Below the pieces are notes generated by a model. That model was not told the DNA's origin and made no database searches. It worked only from the letters and a program-made list of their open reading frames with translations. This document shows, one piece after another, positions 25,999-40,700 of a stretch of DNA of 64,000 nt. The stretch lies in NCBI GenBank assembly GCA_051362555.1, contig CM120644.1, positions 20,668,534 through 20,732,533 of the forward strand. Reading direction: 5' to 3'. The stretch is from Lingula anatina. Lineage: Eukaryota; Animalia; Brachiopoda. The position numbers and the translations under genes are program-made. Each line of letters begins with the position of its first letter. Within the stretch, counting starts at the first letter, position 1.

Positions 25999-28900
25999 GT
26001 GTGTGTCCATGATAAGACCAGTCAGAAGGTGGCAAGGTGGGGGTCAACAGATTTCAACCAAATTCATAATATTGTTGCATATATAGGAGATATTAAGATT
26101 GAAGGCAACAATCCCAAAAGAAATCATTGGATATAATTATAATATGATATTATATGTTTTGGCCATTTTTGGCTTGATTTTCAGCTTCGGTCAATAAAGC
26201 CACTTCATAAGCGAATATGTCAAAACTGATGACTTTTTAAAATTAATTGAAAATTTACCTATTTAAACCAGCCATTTGTCATTGAGAATATGTTACTAAA
26301 TTTCAGTTTAACCCACAAACTAACGAGCCATGCCCATTTTTATGACCCCACCCCCCAAACTCACTTTTCTACCAAGCAATGTTCAAGCATTCATATCTCT
26401 CTTTTTGCAGGCTTGACAGCCATAAAATTTTATAGGGATCCTAAGCATATATTGGTCTCATCATACAAATTTCAAAAAGTGTGTTAAACACAACAGAAGA
26501 TATTGAAAAAGTGCCTCAAACTTTAGCAATTTTAGCATTTAATAAGTTATTACTGTGCATATCCAGTGTCATCAGCATTGTGTATATACCTTATTTTCAG
26601 GGAGTTATAGAGAAAAAAATTACAAATGATTTTTCTAAAGGTAAAAGGGAATGACTGTCTCATTTTATCAGTTTTCTCAAGTGCAACACTGATTAATCCA
26701 CTAGAAATGATTTATATTGTATTTTTCAACCATTCTTTTTCCTTTCAAATGATTCATAGGCTTTGTAAATACATGTGATATCTTGATATCTATATTCTTT
26801 TTCTATAAAGAAAATTAAAACAGAGTCAAAAACATACAATGACTGGAGGAGTACTTTATTTTCATATTATCAATTGGACAGTAAAAGAACAAAGCAGTTA
26901 CTTTTTACAAGAGTGAAATCAAGTTATGAATCTCCAAGGTTCCAATATCATGGTCATCTTTTCCATATACTGAACACAACAGTGATGGGTAGTGTTCCAC
27001 AGATTTTAATCTTATAACTGATTGATCCCCAAGTTTCTTCTTCTGGTTGAGAGATCCAGGGTCTCCTACAGTAATAATAATTCAGCAATCTTAGAATAAG
27101 TGTGGTAACTTGAAGCAACATGCCACTATAGTTTAGTGTGACTGAACTGTCAATTGTCAATATTTGTCAATTCAATGGCGCCAATCCTCCTTTCCTACAA
27201 AACTGATTGAGATTTCCAAGCCTAAGATGCACATTTGTTATGGGGGGTTGACCCAAGGTGGCTCTAAGTCCAATAGAGGTTTGCCAGGATATATACTGCG
27301 TCTACCTGAAGATGGCAGGACAGGCTGTCAAATGTATTAAACATATTTTAAACTCATGTTAATTGCTGTGTAAGAACAATTACTAAATAATATTCTGATC
27401 AAACAAATTGCATAAGTATAAAAAAGGAAATCGAATATGCATGATTGTAGCTACCAGAATTTAATGATAGAAAAAGAAACAAATGAAAAAAATGTAAACC
27501 TTTTTTCTTCTCCGTGGAAGTGTTCCAGGCATTACAAAGTTGGTGCTCACATCTGAATCTGATGAATTTGCCTGTGCAATTTCAGGTGACTTTTCTATTA
27601 TTGTCTGTAAGATTGTCCAGGTCAAGGTTCACATACAGGCCTAGAATGTAAAATCTGAAAAATAAACATTACATCAATAAATGCTTTACAACAACAGAGG
27701 CTTACTGTGTTCAGAATAGAAACTATTGTAGCAGGAATTAATCTATCTCAGCAAAGCAACATGAACAACATAATGGACCGCAAAGTTTTCCTGATTTTAC
27801 TAAAGTACCTTTAGTTACAAGTGTCCTATGTAATATGTAAGTCTTGAAATTGAAGCACACCGTGTTACAAAGTCATATAAAGCTAGGCGGTTAACTTCAA
27901 CTTCATTGTAAACACACATAAATCTGCATAGTGAATATAAAACTAAAATATAAAAAAACTAGCACAAGTAACAACCCCTAAAATGCCAAAACTTGAAACT
28001 GAATTTGTGTTACATACCTTTGATTCTGGGTAAGAAATTTCTAATGAAGCCGTCTTCAAGCTCAGTATAGTCCTTCACCGTTTGTGTTATGATAACACAT
28101 GTAACAAAACCCTAGAATTTAATGCAAAAATATACTTTATAAGTTAGATATACAGTTAATTCTTTTCAGCATACATGTTTACCATGAAACAGAAATCAAG
28201 TTAAACTCTGTGAATTGAAATATACCAGTACGTCTTTTAAATTTGCTTAATATTCTTTAAATTACTGAATAATATTCAAACTTATTATTTAAACTGGTTT
28301 GAGTTTTTAGTGTATCTGATTCTAGTATATGTTTGCCACCACTGATCACTTACCTTACAACAAACATCCAGAGCTAAATCGATGAGATGGATATATTGAG
28401 GAACCCAAGCCTGACAACAACAGTCTAAAGAGGTTCAACCAAAAATGCAAATTCTAAGGACGACCAGCTGCTATGGTCATTTCTTGTTATATTCTGGTGC
28501 ACACCAATCCTTCTGAGATGTACCCAAGCATCTCTAGTGCGTGTTCTTCATAAATTTAAGAAAATATTATGTTTTAACACTGTGAAGACGATGTGCTTTG
28601 CTCCACAGTTGCTCCGGTGATAATCCTAGTACCCGCCATGTTGAAAATAGGTCACAGAGTTAGCATCGTTATTTTACATTAAGTTTCTACAGCATAAACA
28701 AATTTAGAAAATGTATTTAAGCTTCATAAGTTCGTCTGCAAGGCAAACATAATTATTGTAAGGGCTTTTCACAAACCTATACATAGTTTTGACTTATTAA
28801 TTTAGTTGAAGAAACAGTTTAGCATTTAAGTAGTATAAAAATATTCGTTTTTAGGCCCTTTTTAAAATTGTTATAGTTCTTATTTTACAAGGTTTAACAC

Positions 28901-29400
28901 AGATTTTATTTTACAAAATTTATTTTCCAACCCTTTTCTATCAGCACATACCAAAATTATATGGATACAACCTGCAAAAAAGAAGTTGTGTGCATTTAAA
29001 GAAGGGGATGGGGTCAAGCATACGGAAAACATGCCTCATTAGAATCAACCTTGTGTGGTCATGACAGTGCCTTTTCAAAAAATCTGTACTGGATATTAAA
29101 GGTCTTTCCTTAACCTATTATGTGGCTTACCTAAATAATTCCTTATGATGTACATGATTTTTTAAAAGAATATTTAAAAATTATAACTTTTCAAGAGCTA
29201 CAAAATGCTATATTTTGGCAAAATTGCCCATAAAAAGATCTGCCCCCATATCTCTAAAACTAATGATCCAAAATAGGAAAGCCAGTGGCTCACAATACCT
29301 TTTATGTTGATGGTTTACCACACCAAAAATTATTAAAATCTGCTGACCCCCACCTTGCCGCCTTCTGACCGATCTGTCTGGCTTTCTCATGGACGCGCTC
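25999..29400. mobile_element. 3.4-kb non-autonomous TIR DNA transposon with TTAA TSD, Kolobok-like
   Basis: Empty site agggTTAAtatg is duplicated on both sides. ~55-65-bp imperfect TIRs (gtgtgtgtccatga...gtcagaaggtggcaaggtgggggtca versus reverse complement gagcgcgtccatga...gtcagaaggcggcaaggtgggggtca). G-starting termini fit Kolobok rather than piggyBac. No transposase recognised. Confidence 0.75.
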
Positions 29401-32400
29401 TTAATATGAAATGTCCTAAGATGTATGCTGTACCTAAGAAATTATCATTTTGGAAAAGGATCACTTAGATCCCACTCAGTTTTATATATGCATGTTCAAG
29501 GTGACAAGGGTTAATATAAAATGTCACGAGTTGGGGGGGGGGGGGGGGGGGTTCGCTTCGCAAAAATCTTGATATAGCCAAAATTTTATGCATACATTCT
29601 GTTGCCTGTGCATTGTCTGTGATGACATTGAATGTGTCTGTATATATTCTGGTCACTGTCTATGTCTTTATTGTTGCTGTATGTGTTTATTATAATATAA
29701 TAATAAATATTTTGATCACTGTGTTATGTCTGTGTTGTAACTACTGTATGTGTCTACATATATATTTTTATTGATGATGTATTATCTGTTTTCAGTAGAG
29801 ATGAAGGTGTGTTTCCTGGATTATCATCACACTGAGGACAACTGAACTGATCTCAACCTAGCAGCCTCAGCACAGGTCAGTGCAACTATGATATTGCCAT
29901 AGCGATGATTCTGTTCAATCGCAATGTGACCATTGCCACTATATGCTGTACCTAAGAAATTATGATTTTGGAAAAGGATCACTTAGATCCCACTCAGTTT
30001 TATATATGTTCAAGGTGACAAGGGTTAATATGAAATGTCACGAGTTGGGGGGAGGGTTCGCTTCGCAAAAATCTTGATATAGCCAAAATTTAATGCATAC
30101 ATTCTGTTGCCTGTGCATTGTCTGTGATGACATTGAATGTGTCTGTATATATTCTGGTCACTGTCTATGTCTTTATTGTTGCTGTATGTGTTTATTATAA
30201 TATAATAATAAATATTTTGATCACTGTGTTATGTCTGTGTTGTAACTACTGTATGTATCTACATATATATTTTTATTGATGATGTATTATCTGTTTTCAG
30301 TAGAGATGAAGGTGTGTTTCCTGGATTATCATCACACTGAGGACAACTGAACTGATCTCAACCTAGCAGCCTCAGCACAGGTCAGTGCAACTATGATATT
30401 GCCATACCGATGATTCTGTTCAATCGCAAAGTGACCATTGCCACTATATGTTGTACCTAAGAAATTATCATTTTGGAAAAGGATCACTTAGATCCCACTC
30501 AGTTTTATATATGTTCAAGGTGACAAGGGTTAATGTGAGCTGTCAGGAGTTGGGGAGGGGGTGGGGTTCGCTTAGCAAAAATCTTGATATAGCCAAAATT
30601 TTATGTATACATTCTGATGCCTGTGCATTGTCTGTGATGACATTGAATTTGTCTGTATATATTCTGGTCACTGTCTATGTCTTTATTGTCGCTGTAATCA
30701 AATCTAGTTCTACAACCTTACATCATCAGCAAAAAAAGGTCAGTGCAGTAATGATATTGCTACACTGGTGATTCTCTTCAATCCCATTTTGACCATCACT
30801 ATATGTTGTAACTGAGAAATTAACATTTGTAAATGTGTCACTTAAATCCAAACCAGTTTTAAATATGTTCGAGGTGACGGGTTAGTGTGAACTGTCAGGA
30901 GTTAGGGGAGGGAGGGGGGGGTTAGCTCAGCAAAAATTTTGATATAGACAAAATTTCATGTATATTTCTTGATGATTTGTGCATTATCGCTTGAGACATT
31001 AAATGTGTCTGTATATATTCTGATCACTGTGTATATCTTTGTTGTTGCTGTATGTGTTAATTATAATATAATAATATATATTTTGATCACTGTGTTATGT
31101 CTGTGTTGTAACTACTGTATGTGTCTACATATATATTTTTATTGATGATGTATTATCTGTTTTCAGTAGAGATGAAGGTGTGTTTCCTGGATTATCATCA
31201 CACTGAGGACAACTGAACTGATCTCAACCTAGCAGCCTCAGCACAGGTCAGTGCAACTATGATATTGCCATAGCGATGATTCTGTTCAATCGCAATGTGA
31301 CCATTGCCACTATATGCTGTACCTAAGAAATTATGATTTTGGAAAAGGATCACTTAGATCCCACTCAGTTTTATATATGTTCAAGGTGACAAGGGTTAAT
31401 ATGAAATGTCACGAGTTGGGGGGAGGGTTCGCTTCGCAAAAATCTTGATATAGCCAAAATTTAATGCATACATTCTGTTGCCTGTGCATTGTCTGTGATG
31501 ACATTGAATGTGTCTGTATATATTCTGGTCACTGTCTATGTCTTTATTGTTGCTGTATGTGTTTATTATAATATAATAATAAATATTTTGATCACTGTGT
31601 TATGTCTGTGTTGTAACTACTGTATGTATCTACATATATATTTTTATTGATGATGTATTATCTGTTTTCAGTAGAGATGAAGGTGTGTTTCCTGGATTAT
31701 CATCACACTGAGGACAACTGAACTGATCTCAACCTAGCAGCCTCAGCACAGGTCAGTGCAACTATGATATTGCCATACCGATGATTCTGTTCAATCGCAA
31801 AGTGACCATTGCCACTATATATTGTACCTAAGAAATTATGATTTTGGAAAAGGATCACTTAGATCCCACTCAGTTTTATATATGTTCAAGGTGACCAGGG
31901 TTAATGTGAGCTGTCAGGAGTTGGGGAGGGGGTGGGGTTCGCTTAGCAAAAATCTTGATATAGCCAAAATTTTATGTATACATTCTGATGCCTGTGCATT
32001 GTCTGTGATGACATTGAATGTTTCTGTATATATTCAGGTCACTGTCTATGTCTTTATTAAAGCTGTAATCAAATCTAGTTCTGCAACCTTACATCATCAG
32101 CAAAAAAAGGTCAGTGCAGTAATGATATTGCTACACTGGTGATATTCTTCAATCCCATTTTGACCATCACTATATGTTGTAACTGAGAAATTAACATTTG
32201 TAAATGTGTCACTTAAATCCAAACCAGTTTTAAATATGTTCAAGGTGACGGGTTAGTGTGAACTGTCAGGAGTTGGGGGAGGGGGGGGGGGGGTTCGCTC
32301 AGCAAAAATTTTGATATAGACAAAATTTCATGTATATATCTTGATGTTTTGTGCATTGTCGCTTGAGACATTAAATGTGTCTGTATATATTCTGATCACT

Positions 32401-34779
32401 GTGTATATCTTTGTTGTTGCTGTATGTGTTAATTATAATATAATAATATAAATTTTGATCACTGTGTTATGTCTGTGTTGTAACTACTGTATGTGTCTAC
32501 ATATATATTTTTATTGATGATGTATTATCTGTTTTCAGTAGAGATGAAGGTGTGTTTCCTGGATTATCATCACACTGAGGACAACTGAACTGATCTCAAC
32601 CTAGCAGCCTCAGCACAGGTCAGTGCAACTATGATATTGCCATACCGATGATTCTGTTCAATCGCAATGTGACCATTGCCACTATATGCTGTACCTAAGA
32701 AATTATGATTTTGGAAAAGGATCACTTAGATCCCACTCAGTTTTATATATGTTCAAGGTAACAATGGTTAATGTGGGCTGTCAGGAGTTGGGGAGAGGGG
32801 GGTGGGGGGTTCTCTTATCAAAAATCTTGATATAGCCAAAATTTTATGTATACATTCTGATGCCTGTGCATTGTCTCTGATGACATTGAATGTGTCTGTA
32901 TATATTCTGGTCAATGTGTATGTCTTTATTGTTGTTGTATGTGTTAATTATAATATAATAATATATTTTGATCACTGTGTTATGTCTGTATTGTAACTAC
33001 TGTATGTGTCTATACATATATATTTTTATTGATAATGTATTATCTGTTTTCAGTAGAGATGAAGGTGTGTTTCCTGGATTATCATCACACTGAGGACAAC
33101 TGAACTGATCTCAACCTAGCAGCCTCAGCACAGGTCAGTGCAACTATGATATTGCCATACTGATGATTCTGTTCAATCGCAATGTGACCATTGCCACTAT
33201 ATGCTGTACCTAAGAAATTATCATTTTGGAAAAGGATCACTTAGATCCCACTCAGTTTTATATATGTTCAAGGTAACAAGGGTTAATGTGAACTGTTAGG
33301 AGTTGGGGGAGGGGGGGGGGGGCTTCTCTCAGAAAAAATTTTGATATAGACAAAATTTCATGTATATATCTTGATGTTTTGTGCATTGTCTGTGATGACA
33401 TTAAATGTGTCTGTATATATTTTGGTCACTGTCTAAGTCTTTATTGTTGTTGTATGTGTTTCTTATAATTAATAAATATATATTTTGATCACTGTGTTAT
33501 GTCTGTGTTGTAACTACTGTATGTGTCTACATATATATTTTTATTGATGATTGCCACTATATGCTGTACCTAAGAAATTATCATTTTGGAAAAGGATCAC
33601 TTAGATCCCACTCAGTTTTATATATGTTCAAGGTGACAAGGGTTAATATGAAATGTCAGGAGTTGGGGGGAAGGTTCGAGTCGCAAAAATCTTGATATAG
33701 CCAAAATTTTATGCATACATTCTGTTGCCTGTGCATTGTCTGTGATGACATTGAATGTTTCTGTATATATTCTGGTCACTGTCTTTGTCTTTATTGTTGC
33801 TGTATGTGTTAATTATAATATAATAATATATATTTTGATCACTGTGTTATGTCTGTGTTGTAACTACTGTATGTGTCTACATATATATTTTTATTGATGA
33901 TGTATTATCTGTTTTCAGTAGAGATGAAGGTGTGTTTCCTGGATTATCATCACACTGAGGACAACTGAACTGATCTCAACCTAGCAGCCTCAGCACAGGT
34001 CAGTGCAACTATGATATTTCCATACCGATGATTCTGTTCAATCGCAAAGTGACCATTGCCACTATATGTTGTACCTAAGAAATTATCATTTTGGAAAAGG
34101 ATCACTTAGATCCCACTCAGTTTTATATATGTTCAAGGTGACAAGGGTTAATGTGAGCTGTCAGGAGTTGGGGAGGGGGTGGTGTTCGCTTAGCAAAAAT
34201 CTTGATATAGCCAAAATTTTATGTATACATTCTGATGCCTGTGCATTGTCTGTGATGACATTGAATGTTTCTGTGTATATTCTGGTCACTGTCTATGTCT
34301 TTATTAAAGCTGTAATCAAATCTAGTTCTGCAACCTTACATCATCAGCAAAAAAAGGTCAGTGCAGTAATGATATTGCTACACTGGTGATTCTCTTCAAT
34401 CCCATTTTGACCATCACTATATGTTTTAACTGAGAAATTAGCATTTGTAAATGTGTCACTTCAATCCAAACCAGTTTTAAATATGTTCAAGGTGACGGGT
34501 TAGTGTGAACTGTCAGGAGTTGGGGGAGGGGGGGGGGGGTTCGCTCAGCAAAAATTTTGATATAGACAAAATTTCATGTATATATCTTGATGTTTTGTGC
34601 ATTGTCGCTTGAGACATTAAATGTGTCTGTATATATTCTGATCACTGTGTATATCTTTGTTGTTGCTGTATGTGTTAATTATAATATAATAATATAAATT
34701 TTGATCACTGTGTTATGTCTGTGTTGTAACTACTGTATGTGTCTACATATATATTTTTATTGATGATGTATTATCTGTT

Positions 34780-37700
34780 TTCAGTAGAGATGAAGGTGTG
34801 TTTCCTGGATTATCATCACACTGAGGACAACTGAACTGATCTCAACCTAGCAGCCTCAGCACAGGTCAGTGCAACGATGATATTGCCATACCGATGATTC
34901 TGTTCAATCGCAATGTGACCATTGCCACTATATGCTGTACCTGAGAAATTATGATTTTGGAAAAGGATCACTAAGATCCCACTCAGTTTTATATATGTTC
35001 AAGGTGACAAGGGTTAATGTGAGCTGTCAGGAGTTGGGGAGAGGGGGGGTGGGGGGTTCTCTTATCAAAAATCTTGATATAGCCAAAATTTTATGTATAC
35101 ATTCTGATGCCTGTGCATTGTCTGTGATGACATTTAATGTGTCTGTATATATTCTGGTCACTGTCTATGTCTTTATTGTCGCTGTAATCAAATCTAGTTC
35201 TACAACCTTACATCATCAGCAAAAAAAGGTCAGTGCAGTAATGATATTGCTACACTGGTGATTCTCTTCAATCCCATTTTGACCATCACTATATGTTGTA
35301 ACTAAGAAATTAACATTTGTAAATGGGTCACTTAGATCCAAACCAGTTTTAAATATGTTCGAGGTGACGGGTTAGTGTGAACTAGATCCCACTCAGTTTT
35401 ATATATGTTCAAGGTGACAAGGGTTAAAGTGAAATGTCACGAGTTGGGTGGAGGGTTCGCTTCGCAAAAAGCTTGATATAGCCAAAATTTTATGCATACA
35501 TTCTGTTGCCTGTGCATTGTCTGTGATGACATTGAATGTGTCTGTATATATTCTGGTCACTGTCTATGTCTTTATTGTTGCTGTATGTGTTTATTATAAT
35601 ATAATAATATATATTTTGATCACTGTGTTATGTCTGTGTTGTAACTACTGTATGTGTCTACATATATATTTTTATTGATGATGTATTATCTGTTTTCTGT
35701 AGAGATGAAGGTGTGTTTCCTGGATTATCATCACACTGAGGACAACTGAACTGATCTCAACCTAGCAGCCTCAGCACAGGTCAGTGCAACTTTGATATTG
35801 CCATACCAATGATTCTGTTCAATCACAATGTGACCATTGCCACTATATGCTGTACCTAAGAAATTATGATTTTGGAAAAGGATCACTTAGATCCCACTCA
35901 GTTTTATATATGTATGTTCAAGGTGACAAGGGTTAATATGAAATGTCACGAGTTGGGGGGGGGGGGGGGGGGTTCGCTTAGCAAAAATCTTGATATAGCC
36001 AAAATTTTATGCATACATTCTGTTGCCTGTGCATTGTCTGTGATGACATTGAATGTTATTGTATATATTCTGGTCACTGTCTTTATCTTTATTGTTGCTG
36101 TATGTGTTAATTATAATATAATAATATATACGTATTTTGATCACTGTGTTATGTCTGTGTTGTAACTACTGTATGTGTCTACATATATATTTTTATTGAT
36201 GATGTATTATCTGTTTTCAGTAGAGATGAAGGTGTGTTTCTTGGATTATCATCACACTGAGGACAACTGAACTGATCTCAACCTAGCAGCCTCAGCACAG
36301 GTCAGTGCAACTATGATATTGCCATACTGATGATTCTGTTCAATCGCATTGTGACCATTGCCACTATATGTTGTACCTAAGAAATTATCATTTTGGAAAA
36401 GGATCACTTAGATCCCTCTCAGTTTTATATATGTTCAAGGTGACAAGGGTTAATGTGAGCTGTCAGGAGTTGGGGAGGGGGTGGGGTTCGCTTAGCAAAA
36501 ATCTTGATATAGCCAAAGTTTTATGTATACATTCTGATGCCTGTGCATTGTCTGTGATGACATTGAATGTGTCTGTGTATATTCTGGTCACTGTCTATGT
36601 CTTTATTAAAGCTGTAATCAAATCTAGTTCTGCAACCTTACATCATCAGCCAAAAAAGGTCGGTGCAGTAATGATATTGCTACACTGATGATTCTCTTCA
36701 ATCCCATTTTGACCATCACTATATGTTGTAACTGAGAAATTAACATTTGTAAATGTGTCACTTAAATCCAAACCAGTTTTAAATATGTTCGAGGTGACGG
36801 GTTAGTGTGAACTGTCAGGAGTTGGGGGAGGGGGGGGTTCGCTCAGCAAAAATTTTGATATAGACAAAATTTTATGTATATATCTTGATGCTTGTGCATT
36901 GTCGCTTGAGACATTGAATGTGTCTGTATATATTCTGATCACTGTGTATATCTTTATTGTTGCTGTATGTGTTAATTATAATATAATAATATATATTTTG
37001 ATCACTGTGTTATGTCTGTGTTGTAACTACTGTATGTGTCTACATATATATTTTTATTGATGATGTATTATCTGTTTTCAGTAGAGATGAAGGTGTGTTT
37101 CTTGGATTATCATCACACTGAGGACAACTGAACTGATCTCAACCTAGCAGCCTCAGCACAGGTCAGTGCAACTATGATATTGCCATAGCGATGATTCTGT
37201 TCAATCGCAAAGTGACCATTGCCACTATATGTTGTACCTAAGAAATTATCATTTTAGAAAAGGATCACTTAGATCCCACTCAGTTTTATATATGTTCAAG
37301 GTGACAAGGGTTAATGTGAAATGTCACGAGTTGGGGGGATTGTTCGCTTCGCAAAAATCTTGATATAGCCAAAATTTTATGCATACATTCTGTTGCCTGT
37401 GCATTGTCTGTGATGACATTGAATGTGTCTGTATATATTCTGGTCACTGTCTATGTCTTTATTGTTGCTGTATGTGTTTATTATAATATAATAATATATA
37501 TTTTGATCACTGTGTTATGTCTGTGTTGTAACTACTGTATGTGTCTACATATATATTTTTATTGATGATGTATTATCTGTTTTCAGTAGAGATGAAGGTG
37601 TGTTTCCTAGATTATCATCACACTGAGGACAACTGAACTGATCTCAACCTAGCAGCCTCAGCACAGGTCAGTGCAACTATGATATTGCCATACCGATGAT

Positions 37701-40700
37701 TCTGTTCAATCGCAATGCATGTGACCTTTGCCACTATATGCTGTATCTAAGAAATTATCATTTTGGAAAAGGATCACTTAGATCCCTCTCAGTTATATAT
37801 ATGTTTAAGGTAACAAGGGTTAATGTGAACTATCAGGAGTTGGGGGAGGGGGGGGGGTCGCTCAGCAAAAATTTTGATATAGACAAAATTTCATGTATAT
37901 ATCTTGATGCTTGTGCATTGTCGCTTGAGACATTGAATGTGTCTGTATATATTCTGGTCACTGTGTATGTCTTTATTGTTGTTGTATGTGTTAATTATAA
38001 TATAATAATATATTATGATCACTGTGTTATGTCTGTGTTGTAACTACTGTATGTGTCTACATATATATTTTTATTGATGATGTATTATCTGTTTTCAGTA
38101 GAGATGAAGGTGTGTTTCCTGGATTAGCATCACACTGAGGACAACTGAACTAATCTCAACCTAGCAGCCTCAGCACAGGTCAGTGCAACTATGATATTTC
38201 CATACTGATGATTCTGTTCAATCGCAAAGTGACCATTGCCACTATATGTTGTACCTAAGAAATTATCATTTTGGAAAAGGATCACTTAGATCCCACTCAG
38301 TTTTATATATGTTCAAGGTAACAAGGGTTAATGTGAACTGTCATTAGTTGGCGAGGGGGGGTGGGGGGGTTCGCTTATCAAAGATATTGATATAGCCAAA
38401 ATTTTATGTATACATTCTGATGCCTTTGCATTGTCTGTGATGACATTGAATGTGTCTGTATATATTCTGGTCACTGTCTATGTCTTTATTGTTGCTGTAT
38501 GTGTTCATTATATTTTGATCACTGTGTTATGTCTGTGTTGTAACTACTGTATGTGTCTACATATATATTTTTATTGATGATGTATTATCTGTTTTCAGTA
38601 GAGATGAAGGTGTGTTTCCTGGATTATCATCACACTGAGGACAACTGAACTGATCTCAACCTAGCAGCCTCAGCACAGGTCAGTGCAACTATGATATTGC
38701 CATACCGATGATTCTGTTCAATCACAATGTGACCATTGCCACTATATGTTGTACCTAAGAAATTATTATTTTGGAAAAGGATCACTTAGATCCCACTCAG
38801 TTTTATATATGTTCAAGGTAACAAGGGTTAATGTGAGCTGTCAGGAGTTGGGGGGGGGGGGGTTTCGCTTAGCAAAAATCTTGATATAGCCAAAATTTTA
38901 TGTATACATTCTGATGCCTGTGCATTGTCTGGGATGACATTGAATGTGTCTGTATATATTCTGGTCACTGTCTATGTCTTTATTAAAGCTGTAATCAAAT
39001 CTAGTTCTGCAACCTTACATCATCAGTGAAAAAAGGTCAGTGCAGTAATGATATTGCTACACTGGTGATTCTCTTCAATCCCAGTTTGACCATCACTATA
39101 TGTTGTAACTGAGAAATTAACTTTTGTAAAAGGGTCACTTAAATCCAAACCAGTTTTAAATATGTTCGAGGTGACGGGTTAGTGTGAACTGTCAGGAGTT
39201 GGGGGAGGGGGGGGGGGCTTCGCTCAGCAAAAATTTTGATATAGACAAAATTTCATGTATATATCTTGATGCTTGTGCATTGTCGCTTGAGACATTGAAT
39301 GTGTCTGTATATATTCTGATCACTGTGTATATCTTTATTGTTGCTGTATGTGTTAATTATAATATAAAAATATATTTTGATCACTGTGTTATGTTTGTGT
39401 TGTAAATACTGTATGTGTCTACATATATATTTTTATTGATGATGTATTATCTGTTTTCAGTAGAGATGATGGTGTGTTTCCTAGATTATCATCACACTGA
39501 GGACAACTGAACTGATCTCAACCTAGCAGCCTCAGCACAGGTCAGTGCAACTATGATATTGCCATACCGATTATTCTGTTCAATCGCAATGTGACCATTG
39601 CCACTATATGCTGTACCTAAGAAATTATGATTTTGGAAAAGGAACACTTAGATCCCACTCAGTTTTATATATGTTCAAGGTAACAAGGGTTAATATGAAA
39701 TGTCACGAGTTGGGGGGATTGTTCGCTTCGCAAAAATCTTGATATAGCCAAAATTTTATGCATACATTCTGTTGCCTGTGCATTGTCTGTGATGACATTG
39801 AATGTGTCTGTATATATTCTGGTCACTGTCTATGTCTTTATTGTTGCTGTATGTGTTCATTATATTTTGATCACTGTGTTATGTCTGTGTTGTAACTACT
39901 GTATGTGTCTACATATATATTTTTATTGATGATGTATTATCTGTTTTCAGTAGAGATGAAGGTGTGTTTCCTGGATTATCATCACACTGAGGACAACTGA
40001 ACTGATCTCAACCTAGCAGCCTCAGCACAGGTCAGTGCAACGATGATATTGCCATACCGATGATTCTGTTCAATCGCAATGTGACCATTGCCACTATATG
40101 CTGTACCTGAGAAATTATGATTTTGGAAAAGGATCACTAAGATCCCACTCAGTTTTATATATGTTCAAGGTGACAAGGGTTAATGTGAGCTGTCAGGAGT
40201 TGGGGAGAGGGGGGGTGGGGGGTTCTCTTATCAAAAATCTTGATATAGCCAAAATTTTATGTATACATTCTGATGCCTGTGCATTGTCTGTGATGACATT
40301 TAATGTGTCTGTATATATTCTGGTCACTGTCTATGTCTTTATTGTCGCTGTAATCAAATCTAGTTCTACAACCTTACATCATCAGCAAAAAAAGGTCAGT
40401 GCAGTAATGATATTGCTACACTGGTGATTCTCTTCAATCCCATTTTGACCATCACTATATGTTGTAACTAAGAAATTAACATTTGTAAATGGGTCACTTA
40501 GATCCAAACCAGTTTTAAATATGTTCGAGGTGACGGGTTAGTGTGAACTAGATCCCACTCAGTTTTATATATGTTCAAGGTGACAAGGGTTAAAGTGAAA
40601 TGTCACGAGTTGGGTGGAGGGTTCGCTTCGCAAAAAGCTTGATATAGCCAAAATTTTATGCATACATTCTGTTGCCTGTGCATTGTCTGTGATGACATTG

